From a virus (Duplodnaviria > Caudoviricetes), in the IMG/VR virus record IMGVR_UViG_3300021978_000002, positions 1-24,318 of that record: a stretch of DNA of 24,318 bases; one strand, given 5' to 3'. The stretch's first letter is position 1, and every line of letters starts with the position of its first letter. Positions 7,219-17,099 of the stretch are shown here, one piece after another. The translations under genes and the position numbers were made by a program. A model generated the notes under the pieces. It searched no databases and was not told where the DNA came from. It saw only the letters and a list, made by a program, of their open reading frames with translations.

Positions 7219-7409
7219 AGGCTCACCTCTTTTACCTCTTTGACTATCTTAATATTAGGCAATATAACAACATCACCAATATCTAAAATCAATTTATTTT
7301 TTAAATGTTTATTTGCTTTTAGTACATCTTTAAAAACATCCAATGTTCCATATGTTTCATAAACTATTGTGTCTAACCTCTTTTGGGTATCTAACACTAT
7401 TTTACGCAT
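7212..7409 (-). CDS. P2 gpX-like tail protein (LysM-like)
   Basis: RLDTIVYETYG...VLKANKHL...GDVVILP. Confidence 0.88.
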   Translation of the reverse strand: MRKIVLDTQKRLDTIVYETYGTLDVFKDVLKANKHLKNKLILDIGDVVILPNIKIVKEVKEVSLW

Positions 7410-7767
7410 TATATGCCCTCAATGAGATTTTAAAATCATTTTTTACATAATGCCCATTATCCATAAAATAAGATCTTCCCTCGCTAATCTTTTCTATGAT
7501 AACTTCCAAGCTCTCTCCACTTCCTAAAGTCAAACGTACCGGCTCTTTTTTCTTTGCCAAGCTTTCTATAGGTTTTAGATCACCATTGCTTTTTGAGATA
7601 AGCTTACCTTCTATCTCAAAACTCTCTTCATATCCATTTACAGATTGAAAAGTCGGGTTTTTGCCTAATCTGCTTTTTTTTGCAAAAGTAAAGCTAAGTG
7701 TTCTATTTATTTTTTCAAATTCTCGTTTTTCTACCTCAAAAAGAACACCACCCAGATCACATAACAT
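7402..7767 (-). CDS. P2 gpU-like tail tube initiator
   Basis: [31 protein letters not shown]; follows tape measure. Confidence 0.88.
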   Translation of the reverse strand: MLCDLGGVLFEVEKREFEKINRTLSFTFAKKSRLGKNPTFQSVNGYEESFEIEGKLISKSNGDLKPIESLAKKKEPVRLTLGSGESLEVIIEKISEGRSYFMDNGHYVKNDFKISLRAYNA

Positions 7768-10700
7768 CGCTCAAGCTCCTTTGATTCTTCTCAAATTCTA
7801 TGGTCTCTATAGCCTCTTTGATTTGTGCTTTGAGTGCTTCAGCATCTACTTTGCCATCCTTTGCATTTACAACTATATCCCCAAATGTAAAATGAAAAGT
7901 ATTTGATACTGGTGCGTTGGTCTGTTGGCTATTTGTTGTAGTACCTAAATCATTTGTTTGAACTCTTCTATTTAAAACTTCATCTATAGTTGTCTTTTTT
8001 GTTTGGTTTGTAAGCTCTTTGAAGTTCTTTATACTCTCGTTGTTCTGGATGGTTTTGAAATTTTTTATGATTTCATTATTGGTTATATTTTTTAGAACTG
8101 TTTGATTCTCTTTTGTAACTGATAAATCTATGGCAGGTATTTTTATATCAGGTGAGATAAGAGGTATTTTAACATCTGGTGCTATGGTAGGGATATTTAC
8201 CTTTGGAGTTGCAAAACTTGTTTGACCAAGTAGAGCATTTCTCATTTTTAATATATTAGTTAATTCTTCTTTTGGGATTACTCTTTTTTGATTCTCTTTT
8301 GTAACAGGCAAACCTATAGTAGGTATGTCTAACTTAGGGGTTATTTTTTTGGATTCTTCTATTAAAACCTTTTTTCTCTCTTGGTTTTGTTTCCATTTTA
8401 AATACCGTGCAGGACTTTTTTGAGCCCAAGCAGGTACATTTTTTGCTACTGGCTGAGCCGTTGCAAGTGTTGCACCTACTGTAGCAACTGTAGCTACCTT
8501 TTTAGCAGTTTTGGCTAAACTTGGTTTTTTCTCTTCATCATCACCAAACCAACCACTAAACCAGCTTTTAGACTCTTTTTTCTCTTTCTTATCATCTTTT
8601 TTCTCATCATCTCCAAAACCAAAAAAGTTTTTAATGGATGAACCAATAGATTTAAGTTTATCTACTGCACCACCAAGCCATTCAAACTTTGATGAAAGCC
8701 AATCAAAAACTGGTTTCCAAGCCTTTATAACAAGTCCAATAGGAGAGAAGCTAAAGACCTTTTTTATGAACTCCCATACACTATTTACTCCATTTCTAAA
8801 CCAATCAAATTTATTATAAGCCCAAACAACACCAGCTACTAATGCAGCAAATCCTGTAATCAAAAGCCCTATAGGATTTGCATTCATAGCGATATTTAAA
8901 AGCCACTGTTTAGCTGCTGCAAATGCATTTGCTATACCAAATCCTCTTATGAATGAACTAATAGTTCCAAAAACTGCCAACGCTCTTGCACGTATATTTA
9001 ACCCACTAAGAGCTGTACTAAAAAAGGCAGTTGTTGCGGCGGCTGCTTTTTGAGCTCCTGAAGTTAGCATTGTGGTTATGTAGTGTCTATTTTCCCATAA
9101 GCTTACAAGTTTTAAAAGTCCTGTTTTAATACCAAGCATTCTATTTGTCATACTAAGCCCAGCCATCACAGCACTCAAAGCTATGCCAACACTCCCAGCC
9201 ACAAAAGCAAAAGATCCAAGTCCAGCTACTGCATAAAAAAGATACTTCACAAAAGAGCTACTGTTTGCCACTCCATCAAGCCACTTTGCTAACTGCCCAA
9301 TTTTTTCACTTGCAAAATTTACCGCAGGAGCTAAAAACTTTCCAAATGTAACAGCAAGATTAGAGATTCTTTGTTGCAGTATCTCAAACTCTTTTCCTCT
9401 ATTTCTAGCCTTAGCCATAGCCTCTACATCTGCTAAACTTGCATTTTCTAAATCTTTTTTAGCTTTTTTTAAATCATCTGTTTTATTGATGAGTGCAGTT
9501 ATGATTTTTACCGCCTCTTCACTTCCAAATGCCTTTTTAAGTTCAGCCATCTCATTGGCATCAAAATCACCATACTTATCTTTTAATGTTTCTAAAATAT
9601 CAACCATAGGCAGAAGTTTTCCCTCTGCATCTGTAAAAACCAACCCCAGTTTTTCCTGTGCTCCTACAGCTCCGGCTAAAAATGCTCTATAACCGGTCCC
9701 AGCTTCTGCCGCAGAACTAAAAGCATCTTTTGCTTTACCTATGATTGCAAGCTCTTCAGCCAAGCTTACTCCCATAGATTTAGCAGTTGCACCGATATTT
9801 GAGATACCTTGAACCAAATCAGATCCATCAGTCCTAAAGGCTTGAACTGCCTTACCTATACTCGCAGAAAATCTCTCTCCAAACTTTATATCACTTTCAT
9901 TTGACTTTTTAAATATCCCATACCCAAGTGCAAAAAGTTTTGTCATCTCTTCTGTACTACTCTTTGTGGCACTTGCAGTCATTGCAGCAAACTTAGTAAA
10001 CTGTGCCACACCCTCATCACTTAAAGAGGCTATTCCAGATTTTATGTCATAACTTGCTTTAATGAACTCAGGTGCAGTAACTCCAGCATACTGGTTGCTC
10101 ATCTCTTTAGCTGCTTTTGTAATCTTTGCAATACCACTTTCATCAATACCAAGTGATGCTATATCACCTTGAGCCTTTTCGATCTCTTTGTAAGCATTTA
10201 TCATTGGAGAAAAAGCAGAAGTAACAACTCTTCCTAAAGCATAAAATTTTGTAGAAACTATAGCCACTTTTGAAGCAGTCTCTCTTAACTTATTATTAAG
10301 AGCCTTTGAAGCTACCTCTGCTTTCTTAAGCCCATCTTCAAGTGAAAGCTTTTTATCTGAGAGTTTTTCAACTAAGTTATCTGTTCTTTTAAGTTCATCT
10401 GAGAGTCTTTTACTCTCATCTTCAGCTCTTTGAAGCTCTTTATCTAAACTAATCTTTTTATTATTTAGTCCGTCTATCTCTTTATCGATATTCTCTATCT
10501 CTTTTTCAAACTCTTTTGCACCAATTTTGCCACTATCGAAAGCTTTTTTTAGATCTATTTTCTTTCTGTTTAAAAGATTTAACTCGTTTTCAACATCTCT
10601 TAAAGCCTTTTTAGTGCTTACTATAGCTTTGTCATTCAATTCAATCTTTGATTTAATTTTAAAATGCAAAGAGTTTAAAGAGGCGATCTTTTTTTCAAGC

Positions 10701-10846
10701 TTGTTTATCTCATTAAATGAAGTTGTTGCATCAATACCTTTTATGCTTTTAGAGAGATTTCCAAAACCCTCACTCATCTGTGCCAAGGGCTTTGAGACTC
10801 TATCTATCGCACTTAAAACAATCCCAAGAGTCATAAGTTTTTCCAT
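7757..10846 (-). CDS. Tail tape measure protein (TP901-type core)
   Basis: 1029 aa, Ala/Gly-rich helical core, [11 protein letters not shown] hydrophobic segment, W/F-spaced repeats, position after chaperone. Confidence 0.95.
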   Translation of the reverse strand: MEKLMTLGIVLSAIDRVSKPLAQMSEGFGNLSKSIKGIDATTSFNEINKLEKKIASLNSLHFKIKSKIELNDKAIVSTKKALRDVENELNLLNRKKIDLKKAFDSGKIGAKEFEKEIENIDKEIDGLNNKKISLDKELQRAEDESKRLSDELKRTDNLVEKLSDKKLSLEDGLKKAEVASKALNNKLRETASKVAIVSTKFYALGRVVTSAFSPMINAYKEIEKAQGDIASLGIDESGIAKITKAAKEMSNQYAGVTAPEFIKASYDIKSGIASLSDEGVAQFTKFAAMTASATKSSTEEMTKLFALGYGIFKKSNESDIKFGERFSASIGKAVQAFRTDGSDLVQGISNIGATAKSMGVSLAEELAIIGKAKDAFSSAAEAGTGYRAFLAGAVGAQEKLGLVFTDAEGKLLPMVDILETLKDKYGDFDANEMAELKKAFGSEEAVKIITALINKTDDLKKAKKDLENASLADVEAMAKARNRGKEFEILQQRISNLAVTFGKFLAPAVNFASEKIGQLAKWLDGVANSSSFVKYLFYAVAGLGSFAFVAGSVGIALSAVMAGLSMTNRMLGIKTGLLKLVSLWENRHYITTMLTSGAQKAAAATTAFFSTALSGLNIRARALAVFGTISSFIRGFGIANAFAAAKQWLLNIAMNANPIGLLITGFAALVAGVVWAYNKFDWFRNGVNSVWEFIKKVFSFSPIGLVIKAWKPVFDWLSSKFEWLGGAVDKLKSIGSSIKNFFGFGDDEKKDDKKEKKESKSWFSGWFGDDEEKKPSLAKTAKKVATVATVGATLATAQPVAKNVPAWAQKSPARYLKWKQNQERKKVLIEESKKITPKLDIPTIGLPVTKENQKRVIPKEELTNILKMRNALLGQTSFATPKVNIPTIAPDVKIPLISPDIKIPAIDLSVTKENQTVLKNITNNEIIKNFKTIQNNESIKNFKELTNQTKKTTIDEVLNRRVQTNDLGTTTNSQQTNAPVSNTFHFTFGDIVVNAKDGKVDAEALKAQIKEAIETIEFEKNQRSLSDVM

Positions 10847-10858
10847 CTTAAGCCTTTA

Positions 10859-10867
10859 TGATATAAT
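10859..10867 (+). promoter_or_regulatory. Extended -10 promoter TGATATAAT for a leaderless transcript
   Basis: TGnTATAAT ends 6 nt before ATG 10874; TTAAG upstream; no SD. Confidence 0.7.
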
Positions 10868-10873
10868 CAAACT

Positions 10874-11092
10874 ATGAAATTCATACTTTTATCTTTTTTT
10901 GCAATGCTGCTTACAACCATTGTTGGCATCAATACAAATATAGAGCAAACACTTCTTAATTTTGTGCTGCTCTCAATTTTCTTTCTTGTTCTTCTTCTAA
11001 AGTTAAAAGCTTTTGCAAGTAAACTTTTATCTTTGATACTCTCATTTGCAAAATCTCTCCATAAGAAAAACCATTTTTCATTAAAAATATAA
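10874..11092 (+). CDS. 72-aa two-TM membrane protein, moron-like, antisense to the late operon
   Basis: Two hydrophobic segments, basic C-terminus, own promoter; its first ~80 nt fill an otherwise empty gap. Confidence 0.6.
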   Translation: MKFILLSFFAMLLTTIVGINTNIEQTLLNFVLLSIFFLVLLLKLKAFASKLLSLILSFAKSLHKKNHFSLKI

Positions 11093-11395
11093 CCGCATCC
11101 TCAAACGGAGCCAAAAAAGCCCCGTCTAGTACAAAAAAGTCATCATCTCATTCATTACTGCCATATAATTTTTAGCTTTAAACTTTCTAAAATCATCAGC
11201 ACTTAATGGATGAGAAGTTACAAGATTACTTGCTAACTGGGTTAAGGCTTTACCAATTGCCTTTTTATTTCCAGTGCTAAACTCACCCATAATCTCTTCC
11301 AGGTCAGCTCCCAAAGGCTCTCTGAACTCAAGCTCTTTTATCTCTTCATCCCCTATTTTTTCAGGTTCAACCAGTTTGATTTTTATATTTTCCAT
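10956..11395 (-). CDS. Tail assembly chaperone, -1 frameshifted long form (P2 E+E'-like, about 146 aa)
   Basis: T TTT TTG at 11138-11132; -1 frame open as FVLDGAFLAPFEDAVIFLMKNGFSYGEILQMRVSKIKVYLQKL...QN* ending at 10956. Confidence 0.8.
11126..11395 (-). CDS. Tail assembly chaperone (P2 gpE-like)
   Basis: IKELEFREPLGADLE motif; lies between tube and tape measure genes. Confidence 0.88.
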   Translation of the reverse strand: MENIKIKLVEPEKIGDEEIKELEFREPLGADLEEIMGEFSTGNKKAIGKALTQLASNLVTSHPLSADDFRKFKAKNYMAVMNEMMTFLY

Positions 11396-11413
11396 ATTTT
11401 CTCCTATTTAATA

Positions 11414-11905
11414 TTACATAATATGACTTCTAAGAGCTTCATACTCATCAACACCGTTGATTTTGCAGATGTAGTTTGGTATGTCAATGTTGTACATCTC
11501 TTTTCCATCTACCTCAAGTCTGTATGTTTGAACATTTAGGTTTAGCACGATACTATCTGCCTCACCTATTTTTCCTGCAAACTCTTGATCAGATACCCAG
11601 GCTCCAATCTCTACATATATACCCATCTTTTTAGCTCTATCTCGCACACTCTTTTTAATGACGAATGTAGCTATCTCATGTGTTCTTTTACTTACCGCTT
11701 CCCAAAGCACTGCATTGTACTCACCAACTTCTATCTTAGCTTCAAGCGGTTCAAGCATTCCAGTATCAACTTTTCTACCATTTACATCTGTTTGTTTAAA
11801 CTTGACCTTTGGTAGGCTTATATCCTTAGTAGTTCCAATGAAACCAACGCCTTGAACAAAGACTTCCTGCCCTACCAGCGTATTTATAAGATTCTGTACC
11901 ATCAT
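11414..11905 (-). CDS. Tail tube protein (P2 FII-like)
   Basis: ISLPKV, GMLEPLEA, YRLEVDGKEMYNIDIPNYICKINGVD. Confidence 0.92.
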   Translation of the reverse strand: MMVQNLINTLVGQEVFVQGVGFIGTTKDISLPKVKFKQTDVNGRKVDTGMLEPLEAKIEVGEYNAVLWEAVSKRTHEIATFVIKKSVRDRAKKMGIYVEIGAWVSDQEFAGKIGEADSIVLNLNVQTYRLEVDGKEMYNIDIPNYICKINGVDEYEALRSHIM

Positions 11906-11912
11906 TTACCCC

Positions 11913-13034
11913 TTAAATTGAATTAACCCATTCTATAAATGCTTCATTCCAATCATCACTGAATACAAGATCGAAATTAAGCTCTCTAATTGCCGGCATA
12001 TTTGCAGTTTTAAGCACAAATGTAAACTTACCAGCTGTTACATCGCTTCGATATGGATCCAGGTAAATCTCATATCCCAATGCTATCTTTGCACCAGTTA
12101 GCTTTCTGAAAAACTCGCTACAGGTCTTTTTAACCCAAATAAGCTGATCTGCACTTCTATCTCTAGCCCATTTATTTGCTGCAATAACTGCTTCAAGCCA
12201 TCTGTAAAACGCCCGTACCCGCTCTAAACTCTGCCAAATAGGGTCGATATCAGTTGTTTCAAATCCGTAAGCTCTCCAGCCAACATCTTGCACTATGCCA
12301 CCTACTCCATTTTGTCTAAGTCTTCTTGCCTCACAATCAACACCATCAAAGTATTCAATAGTTCTCTCACTACCACTTACACCTTTGACTACACGGTTTG
12401 AATGGCTTCTTGCATACCCAAACTCATCAAAACCATTATCTCCGCCTGCATCCCAGTAAGCAATATGCCCAGCCATTAATGCAGATGTAGGATAAGTTAA
12501 TCCTTCTGCTTTGCTTCTACCACTATATAAAAGTAGATATCTACTTCCAAAGTTTGCAGCAAAATTCAACGCCTCAGCTTCATTTGCAGCATTTACATCT
12601 ACAATTGCAGTAGCTCTAAATTTAGCGGCTAAACTATCCATCTTTGCAGCTACATCTACATCGTATGAGTATTCTGGACAAATAACAAGATTAGGACGTG
12701 TTAAGATGTTTTCATCAAATGGAGCAGTTTTAAGTACATCAAGACCGTTTAAGACGTTATCTTTAACTCCATCATCATCTTTTACAAACTTAACAACTAT
12801 TTTTGTGCTTACATTTTGTAGTGCAATTGCATTCGCAGTTTTGTAAGCTAGGTCATCATCTGTGCTTCCATTTTCTTGCAAGAACTCTTTAAACTTATCA
12901 CCATTATTAAAGACAATAAAATCCTCTTTATCTTTAAATGGAACAACTACTCCAATAGGAGTGGTACTATCTACTATGACCGGACGTGCAGCTTGAACCG
13001 AAATACCACCATTGATACCAAAGTTAAGATTCAT
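11913..13034 (-). CDS. Tail sheath protein (P2 FI-like)
   Basis: STTPIGVV, PNLVICPEY, SHSNRVVKGV, GWRAYG motifs. Confidence 0.93.
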   Translation of the reverse strand: MNLNFGINGGISVQAARPVIVDSTTPIGVVVPFKDKEDFIVFNNGDKFKEFLQENGSTDDDLAYKTANAIALQNVSTKIVVKFVKDDDGVKDNVLNGLDVLKTAPFDENILTRPNLVICPEYSYDVDVAAKMDSLAAKFRATAIVDVNAANEAEALNFAANFGSRYLLLYSGRSKAEGLTYPTSALMAGHIAYWDAGGDNGFDEFGYARSHSNRVVKGVSGSERTIEYFDGVDCEARRLRQNGVGGIVQDVGWRAYGFETTDIDPIWQSLERVRAFYRWLEAVIAANKWARDRSADQLIWVKKTCSEFFRKLTGAKIALGYEIYLDPYRSDVTAGKFTFVLKTANMPAIRELNFDLVFSDDWNEAFIEWVNSI

Positions 13035-13194
13035 TTCTCACCTCTTTTTTAGTTGTTTTGGCATGTCTAAATTGATCTGTTACAACACCTCTTTTTTTAA
13101 GCTCACCTACCACAACTTCACTAAACTCTGCTACTTCATCTTTTTTAAAAAGCTGACCGTTAAAGCTAAAGTTTCTTAAAAATTTAACCTTCAT
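13024..13194 (-). CDS. 56-aa protein (not in ORF track)
   Basis: MKVKFLRNFSFNGQLFKKDEVAEF...; SD AAGGAG; ATGA overlap with upstream gene; resembles the N-terminus of the 21465-21758 product. Confidence 0.75.
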   Translation of the reverse strand: MKVKFLRNFSFNGQLFKKDEVAEFSEVVVGELKKRGVVTDQFRHAKTTKKEVRNES

Positions 13195-13562
13195 ACTGTT
13201 ATCTCCTTCCCTACCATTCCATCATAAACTTTCTCTCTCCAAAAGGCTTCATAACCAAACTTTTTAACTGCTAAGTAAAAGCTCTTAGCTAACACTTTCT
13301 TAAACGGTTTAGTAGTTGGATGTGAAGCTTCAACTATGCGATTAAGATTATTTATGAAGACTCTATCCGCTACCTTTTTATCTTCATCTGTTTTTCCTAC
13401 ACGGTACATATAGTCGTGTATGTTGCAAGCCTCTTTAAAGCTTCCTTGCGGGATAAGGAAGTTCAGCTTACTTCCTTTAGCTCCACACCCATTACATATT
13501 TTTCTTTTTAGGCTAACTTCTAGCTCCCAGTACTCTTTGGGGGCATAAAGCGTTACTTTCAT
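13191..13562 (-). CDS. Small protein with phospholipase A2-like C-x-x-H-D-x-x-Y motif (DUF1353-like)
   Basis: ICNGCG...EACNIHDYMY...KKVADRVF. Confidence 0.65.
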   Translation of the reverse strand: MKVTLYAPKEYWELEVSLKRKICNGCGAKGSKLNFLIPQGSFKEACNIHDYMYRVGKTDEDKKVADRVFINNLNRIVEASHPTTKPFKKVLAKSFYLAVKKFGYEAFWREKVYDGMVGKEITV

Positions 13563-13570
13563 TCATACCC

Positions 13571-14131
13571 TCACAAAGGATACTCTGGATACTCGGGTTT
13601 TCTACCTTCATTTATGGCACTTATACCCTCTCTTATACAATCTTCAGCCCATTGAGTACGAATAGCAACTTTTACAAGTTTTTCAAAGTATATTTTTTGC
13701 GATTCATCAACATCTGCTAATACTTCATCAAGTGTTGCACCATCTAAAAAAGATTTTGTCATTGCTACAATTTTTGACTCCAAATCAATAACTCCTGCTG
13801 CTTTTAGCTTTGTAGAGTAACTATCAACCCATTTTGCATCTTGAGCTTGTTTCTTTTCGCTATAAAAAGAGTAGATATGCTCTTCAATAGGTAAATATTT
13901 TAGCTGCTCTCTTGCAAACTTTATTTTTGCTTTAAACTCATCAGAGCTAAAGTCTGTATCATCTGACAAAAGCTCGTTACTTCCAAGCAATAATGAAGCT
14001 TCAATTCTTATAGGAAGCGATGGTTGTTGTCCTTGCTTATAAAGCTCTATTGCATTTTTTAAAAGTTCCTTTGTAGCATCATCACTTTCGCTTTTTAAAT
14101 AGTTATTTAATAGTGTGATCTCTCTTCTCAT
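13571..14131 (-). CDS. Putative tail fibre assembly/chaperone protein
   Basis: Directly after the fibre-like gene; C-terminal PEYPEYPL resembles Tfa-type termini; largely a positional call. Confidence 0.5.
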   Translation of the reverse strand: MRREITLLNNYLKSESDDATKELLKNAIELYKQGQQPSLPIRIEASLLLGSNELLSDDTDFSSDEFKAKIKFAREQLKYLPIEEHIYSFYSEKKQAQDAKWVDSYSTKLKAAGVIDLESKIVAMTKSFLDGATLDEVLADVDESQKIYFEKLVKVAIRTQWAEDCIREGISAINEGRKPEYPEYPL

Positions 14132-14132
14132 T

Positions 14133-15656
14133 TTATTCTCCTAATGTCATTTTAAGTGGATTTTTTACAACTTTAACAAACTGGTAGTTACTACTCATTG
14201 CTGGGACAATCACTAAAAACTCGTGGTTTGCACCAGCTGTTTTTACAAATGTCTGAGAGCTACTTCCAATACTAATACCTACTAAAGCACTATCGATAAC
14301 GGTTATCTTATAGGTATCTGGATCAATATGGAAGCTAAAAAGTATTCTTGAACTGTAGTTATAAACTAACCATGTATCTTTACCTACATTGGTGATTTGC
14401 CCGGCTGACCAGTATGGATAGAAGTAATTTGGATCTAATTCAAACTCATTTAACACTGTTCTTTGATTATATGCATTATAAACAACGGCTCTATAACCAC
14501 TATTACCACTACCAATATTAAGTACTTTCCCATTGGAAAGAACAAATGCGATCATATTACTATCCCAACTATTAATAGAGTAGTTGGTATAACTTCCTGA
14601 ATTATTGTATGCTCGTTCATAATAAGATGTTGAACTTGTTCTATAGTGGATAATCCCCACAATATTTGGATTGCTTACTCCTTTTTGGGAGATAATCCTT
14701 GCACTATATCCTGTAGATGTATCACTACTTGGATTTATAACACTCAAATTGGGTGTTACCCCTGAGTAGTCTATACGGATATGTCTATTTTTTGAATCAC
14801 CTTGATCATAGGAACTCCCCTGTGCATAAAACCCATCACCTTCACTATCTAACATCCCACCATACTGTCCATTTGATTGGTGGTAACTTGTATTTGTTGC
14901 ACTTCCTACATTAGTAACATTATTATTTTCATCTACTCTTCCATAAAAGTAACCAAACTTATGACTACTTTGTCCAGGATAAGCATTATTTCCATATGCA
15001 AATAATTTTCCTGTTCCATCTACACTAAAAAACTGTGTTGTAGATATACCACCATAACTAGAGTTATAAAAAAGCTGTGTTGGAGTTTTTATATTTACAA
15101 TATTTCCATTAACATCTATCTCAAATGGTGTTAATGTTGCTTCTGTTGTTCTTTGTGTAGAATTATAAAGAAGTTTTGCTATTGCAAATCTATTATCATC
15201 TACTTTTATAAAAGAACTATAGGTACTAGATCCACTTGTACAATAGCTATTGAAATTACATTTAATCGTTTTTGAGCTAATAGTTATAAAATCTAGTAAA
15301 CCGTTGTTTGTCTGTGATTTGATCTCATCGATAATTTGTGTTGCTTGGTTATTAAAATCGGCTATAATTTTATCTATATCAAGGTTTTTTAGCTTTTCCT
15401 CTATAGCTACTACAATCTCACTACTTCTCTCTTCTAATGCTTGAAGGTTTTTATTAGTCTCCTCTTTGAGTAAATTGATTGTTCCATCTACATTAAGCAC
15501 CTCTATCTCTTTTCTTAAAAGCTCAATACTATCACTAGTCTCCAACTCTAATCTTTTAGAAAGTTCTTGCGATTCTTGCTCCAATAAAACTCTAGCATTA
15601 TCATACTTTTCTAAAAGCTCAGTAGATTTTTGTATCAAAAGTTCTAAACTAGACAT
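14133..15656 (-). CDS. Putative receptor-binding tail fibre/spike
   Basis: About 115-aa coiled coil then an S/N/Y/G-rich beta-strand domain; located after baseplate genes. Confidence 0.65.
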   Translation of the reverse strand: MSSLELLIQKSTELLEKYDNARVLLEQESQELSKRLELETSDSIELLRKEIEVLNVDGTINLLKEETNKNLQALEERSSEIVVAIEEKLKNLDIDKIIADFNNQATQIIDEIKSQTNNGLLDFITISSKTIKCNFNSYCTSGSSTYSSFIKVDDNRFAIAKLLYNSTQRTTEATLTPFEIDVNGNIVNIKTPTQLFYNSSYGGISTTQFFSVDGTGKLFAYGNNAYPGQSSHKFGYFYGRVDENNNVTNVGSATNTSYHQSNGQYGGMLDSEGDGFYAQGSSYDQGDSKNRHIRIDYSGVTPNLSVINPSSDTSTGYSARIISQKGVSNPNIVGIIHYRTSSTSYYERAYNNSGSYTNYSINSWDSNMIAFVLSNGKVLNIGSGNSGYRAVVYNAYNQRTVLNEFELDPNYFYPYWSAGQITNVGKDTWLVYNYSSRILFSFHIDPDTYKITVIDSALVGISIGSSSQTFVKTAGANHEFLVIVPAMSSNYQFVKVVKNPLKMTLGE

Positions 15657-16119
15657 TAATTACTCCTTCTTCAATTAATTTTTTTTCAAGCTGCATCACT
15701 TTTGCAGTTAATGCCTCAATTGCTCCTAAATAAAGCTCTTCTAGCTCAACACTAGTCACATAGTCACTATTTTTAAATACTATTTCACCAGCCTCCCCAC
15801 TTACTGCAAACTTCAAAGTTTGTACACCGCCAACACCTACAACAAAAGTTATTTCAGGAGTTTCACCCTCACTTATGACTACTCCATCTGTATTTTCTAC
15901 CCGTAAAAACTTCATCGGGGTAGTTAGATTTTCATTAATAGGCACTTCAAAAAGTGCTGTTAAAACAGTGTTTTCATCATAATAAATACTGCTAAATTCA
16001 TATCTTTTTATCTCTTGCTTGTCTTCATCTAAAAGTACTGCATACTTTAGATTCTCTTTCAAGTCTTCTTTTAAAAGCTCCAAGCCCTCTTCGCTGGGCA
16101 ACAACATTAAACCTGCCAT
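15649..16119 (-). CDS. Putative fibre-attachment (proximal) protein
   Basis: Occupies the P2 gpH N-terminal position after gpI; ends in a short coiled coil. Confidence 0.5.
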   Translation of the reverse strand: MAGLMLLPSEEGLELLKEDLKENLKYAVLLDEDKQEIKRYEFSSIYYDENTVLTALFEVPINENLTTPMKFLRVENTDGVVISEGETPEITFVVGVGGVQTLKFAVSGEAGEIVFKNSDYVTSVELEELYLGAIEALTAKVMQLEKKLIEEGVINV

Positions 16120-17099
16120 ACTACTGCTCCTTGCATGTTGGATTCATTTTTTACCTCCATTGTGAGATTTAGGGGGGATGAGATTCGTAAATTTTGAATA
16201 TTGGATATTGAATGTTGGATATTTGAATTGAACTCATTCTTTGCCTCTAAATTTTTTGAGATTTTGTAGTTAAAAGTTTGGAATTGGAAGTTAAAAAATT
16301 CAGAATTGAACTTATTTTCTATATTTATGTTTCTTGCTAACTGGCTATTAAATACCATTGACCGCCAGCTATTAACTAAACTATCTAGCTTAAACTCTAA
16401 ACTGGCATCTCTATCTAGCTTTGGTTTAATAACACCAGTTTGAATACTGCTAAATGAACACTTAAAACTGTTATCTACCTCTGCATCTCTATCTATTTGT
16501 GTGCTAAATACTGCACTATCGATACTGTTAACTAAACATTGCCCACTAAGCTCTAAACTTACATCTTTATCAATCTTTGGTTTAACGCCAAATCCACTAT
16601 AAACCTTTATCTCTTCATCAAAAAATAGTTCAAACTCAAATCCATCCAAAACACTTCTTACATTCTTGACACTATCAATTAAACCAACAATCTTTTTGAA
16701 CTCATTCTCATCAAATGTTTGTTCTTTGTTCACTGGGGATAAAACTACTTTAAAATGGTATGGCTCACCTTCATAGTCAAACCACTCAGCCAAACGACTC
16801 TCAATGTCTAAAACTTTTAAAACCTCTTTGATAGCCCAAACAGTGCCAAGTTTTCTGTAGTAAGCTTTACTTGCATTTATGAGCTTTCTCTTTTCAAGCT
16901 CTACTATTGGAGACCAAAATTGAACCTCAAATTCATCTGCTAGTAGCTCTAAAAACTCTTCATCTATAGTTAGTGGATCGTTAAACTTTTCTACCTTTTC
17001 TATTGCATTTTTTAACTCTTCTACTCTTTCACAACCAACTAAATCAAGTACATTTAGCTTTTCATCTATATTTGTAGGTAGTAAGGTTTCGCAACTCAT
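16107..17099 (-). CDS. P2 gpI-like baseplate protein with repeat-containing C-terminal extension
   Basis: LELLADEFEVQFW, YYRKLGTVWAIKEVL, EWFDYEGEPYHF, KNVRSVL. Confidence 0.92.
   Translation of the reverse strand: MSCETLLPTNIDEKLNVLDLVGCERVEELKNAIEKVEKFNDPLTIDEEFLELLADEFEVQFWSPIVELEKRKLINASKAYYRKLGTVWAIKEVLKVLDIESRLAEWFDYEGEPYHFKVVLSPVNKEQTFDENEFKKIVGLIDSVKNVRSVLDGFEFELFFDEEIKVYSGFGVKPKIDKDVSLELSGQCLVNSIDSAVFSTQIDRDAEVDNSFKCSFSSIQTGVIKPKLDRDASLEFKLDSLVNSWRSMVFNSQLARNINIENKFNSEFFNFQFQTFNYKISKNLEAKNEFNSNIQHSISNIQNLRISSPLNLTMEVKNESNMQGAVVWQV

Noticed and set aside
14133-15656. Diversity-generating retroelement target or invertible fibre cassette
   Set aside because: No reverse transcriptase, template/variable repeat pair, invertase or inverted fibre copy in the window
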